Shown in pieces: positions 1-15,370 of a DNA stretch of 64,000 nucleotides (positions within the stretch are counted from its first letter, which is position 1; every line of letters starts with the position of its first letter). The DNA is from the human T2T-CHM13v2.0 reference genome, Homo sapiens: the NCBI RefSeq assembly GCF_009914755.1, contig NC_060947.1, one strand, 5' to 3'. Both the position numbers and the translations under genes were made by a program. The notes below the pieces were generated by a model that saw only the letters and a list, made by a program, of their open reading frames with translations, did no database searches and was not told the DNA's origin.

Positions 1-229
1 GCGAGACTCTGTCTCAAAAAAAAAAGGAACTTTAGCATGGGTGACTCCATTTTGATTTTTAGTCTATGCTGTTGAGGCCTAGTGCAAAAGGTTAGTCCGA
101 AACAATGGCCTCCTATAATTTTTATTTGGCATTCCTTAGCCTCAGGTCTTTGTTTAAACATTACTTCCTGTGAGAAGTCTTCTCAAATATACTCTAATGC
201 TTTAATTATCATTAGCCACCTAACTCCAC

Positions 230-1395
230 TATCGGGGGAACCAGCCCCCAATATTTCAATGTAGGTTCTTTCTATTTTCCCTAAGTGTTGGCCGGTCTGA
301 GAAATAAAGAGAAAGAGTACCAAGAGAGGACTTTTACAGCTGGGCCTCCAGGGGTGACATCACATATCAGTAGGTCCATGATGTCCGCCTGAGCCGCAAA
401 ACCAGCAGGTTTTTATTAAGGACTTTAAAAGGGGAGGGGGTGTACAAACAGGCAGTAGGTGACAAAGATCACATGCTTTAAAGGGCAATAAAGATCACAA
501 GGCAAAGGGCAAAGCAAAGATCACAAGGCAAAGGGCAAAGCAAAGATCATAAGGCAAAGGGCAAAATTAGAATTACTGATGAGGGTCTATGTTCAGCTGT
601 GCACAAATTTTCTTGATAAACATCTTAAACAACAGAAAACAGGGTTTGAGAGCAGAGAACCAGTCTGACCTCAAAATTACCAGGGTGGGATCTTTTCCCC
701 ACCCTAATAAGCCTCAGGGTACTGCAGGAGACCAGGGCATATTTCAGTCCTCATCTCAACCGCATAAGACAGACAATCCCAGAGCGGCCGTTTATAGACC
801 TCCCCCCAGGAATGCATTCCTTCCCCAGGGTATTAATTATTAATATTCCTTGCTGGGAAAATAATTCAGTGATATCTCTCCTACTTGCACATCCATTTAT
901 AGGCTGTCTGCAAGAAGAAAAATATGGCTCTATTCTGCCCGACCCCGCAGGAAGTCAGACCTTTGGTTGTCTTCCCTTGTTCCCTAAAATCGCTGTTATT
1001 CTGTTCATTTTCAAGGTGCACTTATTTCATATTATTCAAACACCCATGTTTTACAATCAGATTTCATATTGTTCAAACACACATGTTCTACAATGAATTT
1101 GTACAATAGTGGTCCTGAAGTGACATACATTCTCAGCTTATGAAGATAATAGGATTAAGAGATTAAAGACAGGCATAAGAAATTATAAAAGTATTATTTG
1201 GGAACTGATAAATGTCCATGAAATCTTCACAATTTATGTTCAGAGACTGCGGTAAAGACAGGCATAAGAAATTATAAAAGTATTAATTTTGGGAACTGAT
1301 AAATGTCCATATTAAAATGAAATCTTCACAATTTATGTTCCTCTGCCATGGCTCCAGCCAGTCCCTCCGTTTGGGGTCCCTGACTTCCCACAACA
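230..1395 (-). mobile_element. MER11-type solo LTR (ERVK/HML-8)
   Basis: Minus strand begins tgttgtgggaagtcagggaccccaaacggaggg (MER11 5' end). 6-bp TSD ctccac/ttccac. Internal tandem unit aaagatcacaaggcaaagggcaaagc at about 490-565. Confidence 0.9.
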
Positions 1396-1420
1396 TTCCA
1401 CCAGCTTCACCATTTCCAAA

Positions 1421-2432
<1,012 letters not shown>

Positions 2433-2463
2433 CAGATACAATTTTTCATTTGAAAGGGGTCCA

Positions 2464-2660
2464 ATGAGTGTGAGTTCATAATTTCTCATGGTTGTGACTT
2501 TACACAATGGACTGAAGGCTCTACAGCTTTCAAATGTCTTATCTAAAGATTGGCCCTAGGATTTGCCTCTTCCACTCTTGAGGGGGATGCCTGGGACATA
2601 AGTCAGATGAGCAATGGAAACACAGAGTTGTTCCATAGAGGACAAGTGAGCATGTATTTC
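2464..2660 (+). pseudogene. Candidate decayed intronless beta-defensin-like gene (relic 1)
   Basis: ATG at 2464, MSVSS*FLMVVTL..., then ICLFHS*GGCLGHK[S]DEQWKH/SCSIEDK*AC. Cys codons at 2564, 2588, 2629 and 2653; needs frameshifts. Confidence 0.4.
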
Positions 2661-2979
2661 TGAGAAGCTGTTGAAACTGAAATTCAAGAAGACCATGGAT
2701 CAACATTTCCTTCTCTAAAAGATCTCATGAGAGGAATAAAATGACAATATCTTCTTTTTAGCAGACATGGTTTTGCATGATAAAGTCCATATGAATCTTC
2801 TAGAGGTAGAATTGCAGGTTTGAAGGTTTGAAACAATTTACTTTGTGAAATATTCTTTTAAATATATTTCTAAAATATGTAAATATATTCGAAAAAGAGG
2901 ACAAACTGAAGAAGCAAGTAAAAATACCATTAACCATTGGTTAGATATCATCATGGTTTATATTCTCATTAAGCAAATG

Positions 2980-3668
2980 CTTCTGGGGATAAAAATCACT
3001 ATTGTAAAACCTAAGACCAGTGCTTGAGATATTTTGCAGACCCTGCACTTGATGGATCAACTGGCACTACCCAGATGGATAAACTGGTTCATCTGATCTT
3101 GTGGCCCCCATCCAGGAACTGACTCAGTGCAAGAAGACAGCTTTGACTCCCTATGATTTCATCTCTGACATGACCAATCAGCAAATCCCGGCTCACCAGT
3201 TTCCCCTGACCCACCAAGTTCTCCTTAAAAACTCTGATCCCCAAGTTGTTCCTGGAGATAAAATAACTATTGTAAAACCTAAGATCATTGCTTGAGATAT
3301 TTTGCAGACCCTGCACTGAATGGATCAGCTGGCACCATGCAGATCGAGAAAACTGGCTTGTCTGGTCTTGTGGCCCCCACCCAGGAGTTCCTGACTTAGT
3401 GAAACAGAACAGCTTTGATCCCCTATGATTTCATCTCCCATCCAACCAATCAGCACTCCTGACTCACTGCCCTTCCTCCCCCGAGTCAAATTATCCTTAA
3501 AAACTCTGATCCCCAAATGCTCAGGGAGACTGTTTTGAGTAATAATAAAACTCTGGTCTCCCACACAGCCAGATCTGCCTAAATTTCTCTTTCTCTATTG
3601 CAATTTTCCTGTCTTGTTACTTGGCTCTGTCTGGGCAGTGGGCAAGGTGAATCCATTGGGCTGTTACA
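2980..3668 (+). mobile_element. LTR8-type ERV1 LTR (3' part) with an internal tandem duplication of about 270 bp
   Basis: attgtaaaacctaaga..tgcttgagatattttgcagaccctgcact occurs at about 3001 and 3269; element ends gggctgttaca. Confidence 0.85.
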
Positions 3669-3694
3669 AAACCGACATGAGAGATAGTAGGACC

Positions 3695-4599
<905 letters not shown>

Positions 4600-4604
4600 A
4601 AGTA

Positions 4605-4835
4605 AAAAGCCCAAGTTTGTTTGGCTCCAAGTATGCTCCTGGTGATCTTTCAGCTAGAGAACACTGACAGTGGCAAGGTTCTAAGTTGGCTGGCCACCTT
4701 AAGATGGTAATGCAAGGTTCCATAAGCCTTGTCATTCCTTGTTTCCATAGTATCTGGGCTCCACATTGGTTAAAAATCTGTGAGGGACAGCATCCACCGT
4801 AGATGCCTATACCAAAGTGCAGATAGATTACCTGT
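4605..4835 (-). pseudogene. Candidate decayed beta-defensin-like gene (relic 2)
   Basis: VIYLHFGI.. signal-like start, then EPCITIL/GGQ..CHCQCSLAERSPGA[Y=tac]LEPNKL: C-x3-C-x9-[C] with Gly two residues before the fourth position. Abuts the MER4 LTR. Confidence 0.4.
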
Positions 4836-5014
4836 GGTATGGTGAGGAGTGTGGAATGGGAGGGCTGATTGGGACAGAAGACAGCAAATAGCAGCCACAG
4901 CCAGAGGGTCCAGTTACAGCTGCTCTGTTCATTTCCCTGGCCCTGGCACGCTCTGCTTAGGGATACAGTGGCAGGGAGGCTGGGGCTGTGGAATTCACGA
5001 GGGCTTAGCTCCGA

Positions 5015-5191
5015 GAAGAGGCATTATTTCCTGTATGTGGCTTTCCTTCTTTCCCATCATGTACGAGGGCATCGAGTACGAGGGCATTGAGTTCATAAAC
5101 ACCTCCAACAAGGAGTGCTTCTCACAAGGAGCCTCTGTGGAGGATAAGCCCAGAAGCAACCGTAGGAACTCGTGAGGAGAGTAGCCTTCAG
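5015..5191 (-). pseudogene. Candidate decayed beta-defensin-like gene (relic 3)
   Basis: [M]KATLL/EFLRLLLGLSSTEA, then LLVGG/CL*TQCPRT*WERRKATYRK*C (C-x4-C-P). Contains a 15-bp tandem duplication. Confidence 0.45.
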
Positions 5192-5994
5192 GCCCTTTTC
5201 CAACCCTCATCTCCAACTAACTTGTGTGCCTTCCCTCAGAATACCTCTGGCTCCTGTCATTACTCTGCACTCCTAACAGTTTGTCCCAGAACAGTCTGTC
5301 CTCTGAACTGATGCCCTTACCCTGGGGTCCCTGCCTATAACTCCTGCCCTCAGCCCTAGTACATAACTGCTTCTGATCTTTGCAAATATGGATTCCTTTC
5401 ATCCTAGCTGTCTGCTCATGAGGCTTTAATGGCATCACTCCCTTAATGATCTCAGAATTCCCCTCCACGCAGCACTCCTTATGATCCTGCCCTCCTGTAA
5501 CCTCCATGCTAAAGAAAGCCAGTGGTTGGATGTAAACCCTTCACCCCTTCAAAGGCCATATCCAAGGGCAGGAACCTCAAACCTAGATCATGTAAGGTTA
5601 GACACTGTTCCTCATCTCCACCAAAATAAAATAAAGCGAGGAGAAGTGGTATCTGAGTGTTCTTAGCACCCTAACCCACAACAAAGAATGGTGGTGATGT
5701 AATGGTGGGAGGCCACACTTCTGAGCAAGTATCTCCTAGGGTCAGGCAAGGCCTTGATCCCTCCCAGACTTCCTGGAAATGCTCAAAATATCACAAATAA
5801 GCAAGTAAACGATAATCTTACATTCAATCCCAGATCTGGATGGCTTCAGACCTAGAGTATCCTGTCAGTTATCTCAGAGCCCTGACTGTTCCCATGGGAG
5901 GCCCCCACTCTTCACTTCAGTCATAGTGGACTCCCTGTCTCCTCCTTCCCATCCAGCACCCACAAGTCCTGCCCATTGTACCAGGCCCAGCTTC

Positions 5995-6870
5995 TCTTTA
6001 AGGACTCTCTGGCGGCTCCAAGGAGGTCCTCCTCCTCTTATATAGCAAGGTGGTTCTACAGAGGTCACCATAACTTCCACAAGGACCTGGACCTTGTGCA
6101 ATGGTTACCAAAACCTCTGCATCCTCTGGGCTACTGGAGGTGTGAAGATGTTACCAGGGGTCCTTGTTCTTAGAGCTCCCAAGATGGCGGTGGGCCGCTT
6201 CCAAGATGGTGGCAAGCCTCTTGTTCTCTGACCTAGGGTTCTTGGCCTCATGGATTCCAAGGAATGGAAACTTGGGCCATGCAGTGAGTATTATAGCTCT
6301 ATTCACCTCGATTAGGCACTTAGCCCACATAAGAACAATGGCGAGCCTCTAGCCGGATTGGGAGTGGCAATGGGCGCCGCCTCGCTGGATCAGGAGTGCA
6401 GCGGACACCCTGCTGGATCTGGAGGGGTAGAAGTCAGCAGCGGGTCTGCGATGGCGGCAAACAGCAGTGGTGGATGGCAAGTGAAAGCTCAGCTCCAGGA
6501 GTAACAAACACAGACCAGAAGAATGTGCAGTTGCAAGATTTAATAGAGTGAAAACAGAGGTCCAAAACAAAGAGAGGGGACCCAAAGGGGGGTGCCACTC
6601 CCTGCTCGAATGCCTGGGTGCATATCCTGATCATTGTCCCTCCCCCTGTCTTCTCAGGCGATAGATGATTGGCTATTTCTTTACCTCCTGTTTTAGCCTA
6701 ATTAGCATTTTAGTGAGCTCTCTTTACTACCTGATTGGTTGGGTATGAGCTAAGTTGCAAGCCCCATGTTTAAAGGTGGATGTGGTCACCTTCCCAGCTA
6801 GGCTTAGAAATTCTTAGTCAGCCTAGGAAATCCAGCTACTCCTGTCTCTCAAAGAGGGATGGATGATTAG
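5995..6870 (-). pseudogene. Candidate decayed defensin-like gene split by LTR17 (relic 4; paralog of 51902-52075)
   Basis: GFGNHCTRSRSL[W]KLW*PL*NHLAI..RE[SL]KR; aligns in inverted orientation to 51902-52075 once the LTR is removed. Confidence 0.35.
6149..6851 (-). mobile_element. LTR17 (HERV-W) solo LTR
   Basis: Minus strand begins tgagagacaggagtagctggatttcctaggc; 4-bp TSD aaga; the empty site matches the paralog at about 51920. Confidence 0.92.
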
Positions 6871-6894
6871 TGAACACCAGTGAGATGGTGCAGG

Positions 6895-7087
6895 TCAAGG
6901 TAGGAGAAGGAACTCCACCTGGATGGTTCAGGCACTGGGGTCTAGGAAGAGCTCCTGACTCTCCTTCCAATGTTCTTCCCTGCAGACTCACAGTCACCTC
7001 TTTCTGGAGCTCCAAAAAGTTCCAGAACCCCATATCATGGCACACCTGATGAGGGCCCCATCAAACAGGAAAAGCACAACTATTCAA
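6895..7087 (-). pseudogene. Candidate decayed defensin-like gene (relic 5; paralog of 51666-51877)
   Basis: [M]NSCAFPV.. then LELQKEVT..QCLNHPGGV[PS]; inverted homolog of 51666-51877. Confidence 0.33.
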
Positions 7088-7230
7088 TGGAACGGGATGC
7101 TTATTTTTCCTACCCCAACTCCATAACACTGCACAACAGAAATGGTACTGAATTTTCTACACAATATAGATGAATGTGTGTGGTTCCCTTCTTCTTACAA
7201 TCCTAAATACTCACTAAAATGTAATGATGT

Positions 7231-8676
7231 TGTGTCCGGAATTGGTGGGTTCTTGGTCTCACTGACTTCAAGAATGAAGCCGTGGACCCTTGCAGTAAGT
7301 GTTACAGTTCTTAAAGGCGGCGTGTCCAGAGTTTGTTCCTTCTGATGTTCGGAGGTGTTCGGAGTTTCTTCCTTCTGGTGGGTTCGTGGTCTCGCAGGCT
7401 TTAGGAGTGAAGCTGCAGACCTTCGCGGTGAGTGTTACAGCTCATAAAGGCAGTGTGGACCCAAAGAGTGAGCAGCAGCAAGATTTATTGCAAAGAGCGA
7501 AAGAACAAAGCTTCCACAGTGTGGAAGGGGACCTGAGTGGGTTGCCACTGCTGGCTCGGGCAGCCTGCTTTTGTTCTCTTATCTGGCCTCACCCACATCC
7601 TGCTGATTGAACCCTTTTACAGAGCGCCCAGTGGTCTGTTTTGACAGGGTGCTGATTGGTGCATTTACAATCCCTGAGCTAGACACAAAGGTTCTCCACA
7701 TCCCCACTAGATTAGCTAGATACAGAGTGTAGACACAAAGGTTCTCCAAGTCCCCACCAGAGTAGCTAGATACAGAGTGTTGACTGGTGCATTCACAAAC
7801 CCTGAGCTAGACACAGGGTGCTGATTGGTGTGTTTACAAACCTGGAGCTAGATACAGAGTGCAGATTGATGTGTTTACAATCCCTTAGCTAGACATAAAG
7901 GTTCTCCAAGTCCCCACCAGAATAGCTAGATACAGAGTGTCAATTGGTGCATTCACAAACCCTGAACTAGACATAGGGTGCTGATTGGTGTGTTTACAAA
8001 TCTTGAGCTAGATACAGAGTGCCGACTGGTGTATTTACAATCCCTAGACATAAAGGTTCTCCAAGTCCCCAGCAGACTCAGGAGCCCAGCTGGCTTCACC
8101 CAGTGGATCCCGCACAGGGCCACAGGTGGAGCTGCCTGCCAGTCCCACGCCATGCGCCTGCACTCCTCAGCCCTTGGGTGGTCGATGGGACTGGGCACCG
8201 TGGAGCAGAGGGCCGCGCTCGTCGGGCAGGCTTGGGCAGCACAGGAGCCCACGGAGGTGGGGGTGAGGCTCAGGCATGGCGGGCTGCAGGTCCAGAGCCC
8301 TGCCCCATGGGAAGGCAGCTAAGGCCCCCTGAGAAATTGAGCACAGCAGCTGCTGGCCCAGGTGCTAAGCCCCTCACTGTCTGGGGCCAGCCGGCTGCTC
8401 CGAGTGTGGGGCCCACCGAGCCCACGCCCACCCAGAACTCCAGCCGGCCCGCAAGCACTGCGCGCAGCTCCGGTTCCCACTCGCGCCTCTCCCTCCACAC
8501 CTCCCTGCAAGCTGAGGGAGCCAGCTCCGGGGCCTCGGCCAGCCCAGGAAGGGGCTCCCACAATGCAGCGGTGGGCCGAAGGGCTCCTCAAGTGCCTCCA
8601 AAGTGGGAGCCTAGGCAGAGGAGGTGCCGAGAGTGAGTGAGGGCTGTGAGGGCTGCCAGCATGCTGTCACCTCTCA
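7231..8676 (-). mobile_element. LTR12 (ERV9; LTR12C-like) solo LTR
   Basis: Plus-strand ends tgtgtccggaattggtggg ... gctgtcacctctca; 4-bp TSD atgt; tandem CCAAT/GATA repeat units. Confidence 0.95.
7545..8060 (-). promoter_or_regulatory. LTR12 U3 enhancer/promoter: tandem CCAAT (NF-Y) and GATA motifs
   Basis: Repeated ctgattggtg and agctagatacagag units. The TATA-like box reads aacaaaag here rather than aataaaag (about 7568-7575). Confidence 0.65.
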
Positions 8677-8727
8677 ATGTCATTGAGGTTAAGAAAAAAC
8701 ATCTCTCTGTTAAAGACCAGAGCAGTT

Positions 8728-8865
8728 AGCCAAGCATGGTGGTGTGCACCTGTAGTCCCAGCTGCTTGGGAAGCTGAGGCAGGAGGATCACTTGAGTGAG
8801 GACTTCAATGTCAGCCTGGGCAATGTAGCTAAACTCTGTCTTAAAAAAAAAAGAAAGAAAGAAAG
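8728..8865 (+). mobile_element. Alu monomer (FLAM/FRAM-like)
   Basis: Single Alu arm with an A-rich tail. Confidence 0.8.
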
Positions 8866-8964
8866 ATTAGAGCACTTGGGATGGCCAGGAAGCAAACACT
8901 GGTGTTATGGATGATGTGACAAATACCATGTTGGGATCTTTACAATGGTTTCTATTTGAACTCC

Positions 8965-9658
<694 letters not shown>

Positions 9659-9711
9659 TCAGTCTCCATTTCACTTTTGGTTTTTCTTTCCTAAAAGTTA
9701 AAGCCCCTAAT

Positions 9712-11608
9712 TTTTCTTTTTGTTTTTGTTCTTTATTAATTTTTATTTCAATAGCTTTTGGGGTACAAGTATTTTTTTTGTTACATGACTGAATTAAATA
9801 GTGAATTCTGAGATTTTCGTGCCCCTGTCACCCAAGTAGTGTACATGGTACCTAATATATGGCTTTGTATCCCTAGCCCCTTCCCACTCTCCCCCTTCTG
9901 CGTCCCCAAAGTCCACTATATCACTCAGCCTGCCTTTATGTCCTCATAGCTTAGCTCCCACTTATAAGTGAGAACATATGATGTTTGATTTTCCATTCCT
10001 GAGTTATGTCACTTAGAATAATGGTCTCCAGTTCCATCCAAGTTGCTGCAAAAGACATTATTTCATTCTTTTTATGGCTGAGTAGTATTACATGGTGTAT
10101 ATATACTACATTTTATTTCTCCACTCATTAATTGATGGGCACTTAGGTTGGTTCCACATCTTTGCAATTGTGAATGGTGCTGCTATAAACATATGTATGT
10201 AATGACTTTTTTATATAATGACTTATTTTCCTTTGAGTAGGTACCCAGTAGCAGGATTGCTGGATCCAAAGGTAGATTTACTTTTTGCTCTTTAAGGAAT
10301 CTCCATACTGTTTTCCACAGAGGCTGTATTAATTTGCATTCCCACCAGCAGCATATAAGCGTTCCCTTTGCCACACATCGATGCCAACATCTATTGTTTT
10401 TTGACTTTTTAATTATGGCCATTCTTGTAGGAGTAAGGTGGTATCGCTGTGGTTTTCATTTGCATTTCCCTGATAATTAGTGATGTTGAGAATTTTTTCA
10501 TATGTTTATTAGCCATTTGTATATCTTCTTTTGAGAAATGTCTACTCATGTCATTTGCCCACTTTTTGATGGGATTCTTTGTTTTTATTTTTTTTATCCC
10601 TGAGTTGTTTGAATTCCTTGTAGATTTTGTATATTAGTCCTTTGTTAGATGCATAGTTCACAAATATTGTATCCCTTTCTGTGAATTGTCTGTTTACTCT
10701 GCTGATTGTTTCTTTTGTTGTGCAGAAGTGTTGGGGTGATCAGACCCAACACCAGGTCATGGGGGCGATGAACTCCTGCAGAGTCAAAAGAGTGAGAAAA
10801 AGACAGTTTGAGAGAGAAAGTGGGACTAGGAGGCCATTGCAAGTGTGGAGGCTGTGAAGGCCCTGAGCTCTGAGAACCCACGCTGTTTATTGGTGCTCAA
10901 ACAAACGAACAGGTGATGAGGATGTGGGGGTTGAAAGGAAACAGTGTATCAAGTGAATGAGAAACCTATGGCGGTTTGAGATAATGGGAGTGCTAGAAGC
11001 AAGGAGCGAGCAAGTCTAGCAGACATGCAAGCCCTGCCTCAGCTTGTCTCCCAACACTCAGCTTTTCTCCCAACACAGATTTTTGGTTTAATTAGGTTCC
11101 ATTTATTTATTTTTGGTTTTGTTGTATTTGCTTCTGGAGTCTTAGTCATAGATTCTTTGCCTAGGCCGATGTCTATAATAGAGTTTTTCCAATGTTGTCT
11201 TCTAGAATTTTTATAGTTTCAGGTCTTATATTTTAGTCTTTGATCCATCCTGAGTTGATTTTTCTACAAGGTGAGAGATAGAGATCTAGTTTCATTCTTC
11301 TACATGCGGCTTGCCAGTTTTTCCAGCACCATTTATTAAATAGGTTGTCCATTCTTCAATTTATGTTTTTAAAAAATTTCTCCTATTGCACACCATTTAA
11401 GTAGAACAATTTATGCTTTTGTATGCTTTTTGAAGATCAGTTGGCTGTAAGTATTCAGCTTTATTTCTGGGTTCTCTATTCTGTTCCATTGGCCTTTGTG
11501 CCTACTTTTATACCAGTACCATACTGTTTTGGTAACTATAGCCTTGTAGCATACTTTGAAGTCTAATAATGTGATGCCTCCAGATTTATTCTTTTTGCCT
11601 AGGATTGC
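9712..11608 (-). mobile_element. 5'-truncated old L1 (L1PB/L1MA-type 3' end)
   Basis: ORF2 C-terminal peptides on the minus strand (10183-10422, 11411-11635); TSD ttaaagcccctaatt. Confidence 0.9.
10729..11075 (-). mobile_element. LTR14A-like ERVK solo LTR nested in L1
   Basis: Minus strand begins tgttgggagaaaagctgagtgttgggag; about 347 bp; TG..CA termini. Confidence 0.75.
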
Positions 11609-11874
11609 TTTAAAGCCCCTAATTATCGAAATCACAAAACATGTTATTCTTCAGAGTAATTTATGAAACATTTTGGAGAGTCTTTTGCCAGTTGTGTTTG
11701 GAAAATTCCTATGTATATTAAAAGACTAAACATAAATTTCATTTTATGTTAACTCCATATATTTTGTTCGTTAATCCATCTCCTTTGCTTGCTCTGTCCC
11801 TCACCAGTGTTGACTGACATGTCTACACTGTAGAGATGGCCCCTCCCAGAGAGTAGGCCGTTCCAGACCCTAGG

Positions 11875-12075
11875 ACCTTACTCCTGTACAGACTTCCCAG
11901 ACCTTCTCCCACCCCTCTTTGTCGTCCCCTCTCCAGGACTCAACGCAGCTGTCCAGATCAGTATCCCTGAATCATGCGCTGAGCTCAGAGGAGCCTATTG
12001 CATAGCAACAGAGCCTCAGAGCCAAATATAGCCCTTGAAAGAAAGAATGGTTCCAGATAACGTTGGTGCTATTAG
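11875..12075 (+). pseudogene. Candidate decayed beta-defensin-like gene (relic 7)
   Basis: One frame reads DLLPPLFVVPSPG-LNAAVQISIPESCAELRGAYCIATEPQSQI*; tgg-tgc-tat at 12064-12072 lies at the expected CC distance. Confidence 0.5.
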
Positions 12076-12502
12076 GAAAGTGGATAAAGATAATCATGCC
12101 TTCAAAACATCCTCAAAAGCAGCCCACCTTCTCTCCCTGCCAAGGACACCTCCTTCCCCATGGACCCAGCCTACATTTCTAGCCCTGTGTGCCAAGCACT
12201 CTGTGCTCTGAGCAAACTGCACCATTGGCTGATCCCTCCATTTTCCAATCACCCCTGAGTCTCATTAACATGAATGGGATTATATTTGCACTTGGCTTAT
12301 TTTCTGCACACACAAGATGGCAGTTTACCTTCAGGACCACTCTTTAAGGGAGTGGTGTCTATCCTCTTTTTTGAGATGAGGAAACTCTGTCTTCAAGATG
12401 GCAAGAAACAAGTCTGCTTTTCCTTCGAAAAGGCAGCTTGCAGTAATTCATGAGGAGAGTGCAGAGTTGGGAATCAGCAGGCCTATGTTCTAGCTCCAGC
12501 TC

Positions 12503-12699
12503 ATGAAAGCATGTAAAAGTGCTCTAACATCTCAGGCCAGCATCTCACTTAGCCACAGTTGATGGTCCAGGTCCTCATATGCCACTGTATGGTTCCTGCT
12601 TTAAGAGGCACCTGCTGCCCACCTAGCTGTCTCTCCTGCCTCCTCGCAGCCAGAGGAGGCTGTTCTGTTTCCCATCAGTGGGGTCTTGAAAGTTGCTGT
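12503..12699 (+). pseudogene. Best-preserved six-Cys beta-defensin-like domain (relic 8)
   Basis: Open frame (ORF 12559-12849): CMVPALRGTCCPPSCLSCLLAARGGCSVSHQWGLESCC = C-x8-C-x4-C-x10-C-x10-CC with two G-x-C motifs. Upstream ATG AAA GCA TGT at 12503 is out of frame. Confidence 0.62.
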
Positions 12700-12879
12700 G
12701 ACTACCTGTGTCCTCCAAAGGATTCAATCCTCTCCCACAACTCCCATTCTCATGTCACCACCTGGCCTTCTGAGAACAACACTAATGCTGTCCTTACTCA
12801 CAGTGTCAGAAACCAGTTTCCAAGGCACACAAACAGGGTCATAGCCTGACAGGAAATTCAGATGCCTCTGAGGAGGAGA

Positions 12880-13540
<661 letters not shown>

Positions 13541-13690
13541 CCACAGAAAATAATTCAGGGAGTGAGGGAAGTAGAGGCACCCCCAGGAGCCTGCACTGGG
13601 GCTCCATCTCCAGCTGATGGCATCTTGTGAAGAATAGAGCATCATCAGTCACTTGCCATCTCATCACCTCATTCATGGCGTTTGGGGTCA

Positions 13691-14240
<550 letters not shown>

Positions 14241-15194
14241 ACCTGGCACTGGTGGAATGAAGGGGAAATGAGCTTTCACATAACACTTCAGGTGTCAAAT
14301 GGAACATCTACTTTCTGAGGCCCATATTACTGTGGCTTAATCAATTGAATGGACTTTGATATATAAGTCCTATTTCCAACAACAAGAGAGTTTCTGCTAA
14401 AAGTTTTTAAAAGGCTCTCCAAGCTAATTTTGATGTGCATGCAAGTGAAGGGGTCCTACCTGAGGGGTCTGGTTAGAAGCCACATTAGTTCCCTGATCCA
14501 GAGAGGAAAGGCAACTAATAATATTGATGGAGCACATTGTTTAGAAGGTCCAACTCCACGTTCTTCACTTTAGTGGTTGAATTTAATCCTCATGACAACC
14601 CTACTAGTGAGGTATGATTATGCTCTTTTCATGGAAGTATATGACTACAACACACTTGCTGCTAAGCACAGAGCTGGGTGGCAAAGAGTTTGCTCACCAC
14701 ACAAACTGATGGAGCCCGGGATAGAATCAAGCAGTTTGGGCAATGGTACAAATAATGATCAGGGTTCATAATATCTAAATATCTCCGAAGTCACCTTATT
14801 AGATAAATCTCAGAAACACTATTTTCAGGGGGAAAAGGGTGCAAAGGGGCACTTACTCTAAGATAGCACAAATATTTACAGCCAAAAATGTGCAATTACA
14901 TATTTTGCATCATTCTCTCACAAGAAGTCTGTGAGGAAGGCATCTTTATTTCCAGTTTACAGATGACCAATTCAGACTCACTGATGGAAAATCAACTTTG
15001 CCGAGGCCTCTAGTAATGATGAGGACTGGGGATGTAACTCTTACTCTCCTCAAAGGACAAAACATGGTCTCCTTTTATAGAGGATGACCTTCTAGGACTT
15101 AAACACCTGTAGTTTTTTATGTTGCTAGGATTGTGCCCTTATGTGTACTCACTCAACAACCTGTTTCTCTTTGAAGAAGCTGATGGTGCAGATG

Positions 15195-15370
15195 AAATCC
15201 CAGCACAAGGTCCTGTAAGCAGTAATGTGTCTGGTATGAGGGTCAAGGGTTTGTGACTCCTGCCTTTTCTTAATCTGCACTCTCTCTTCATTTGAGACTC
15301 AATGGGAAACTGCTTTTCCAATATCAATCTAGAAGATCAAAGAAGGGGGCAGAAAATGACAAATCTTCTC
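15195..15370 (-). pseudogene. Candidate decayed beta-defensin-like gene (relic 11)
   Basis: KICHFLPPSLIF signal-like start, then MKRECRLRKGR[S=agt]HKP/[*=tga]PSYQTHYC/YRTLC[W]. Confidence 0.45.

Noticed and set aside
5976-6148. Kunitz-like reading YIARWFY / CIIRWFY (also in the paralog near 52020)
   Set aside because: Kunitz Cys spacing and the YGGC..NNF register are not recoverable; short chance similarity.
6836-7045. Ig V-set/NCR3-like peptide RTLEGESGALP
   Set aside because: No Ig-domain Cys/Trp framework, and the frame is not kept in the paralog.
7630-8060. CRISPR-like regularly repeated units
   Set aside because: Normal LTR12 tandem enhancer repeats in eukaryotic DNA; no unique spacers or cas genes.
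7953-8640. GC-rich overlapping ORFs and CpG-island-like segment
   Set aside because: Internal to LTR12 U3; not a host gene.
12720-12868. Minus-strand CALETGF*..GSCGRGL reading
   Set aside because: Irregular spacing, multiple stops, no leader and no terminal CC.
15155-15215. WFDC13-like tail (KRNR) and other WAP-domain readings
   Set aside because: No eight-Cys WAP core can be built.
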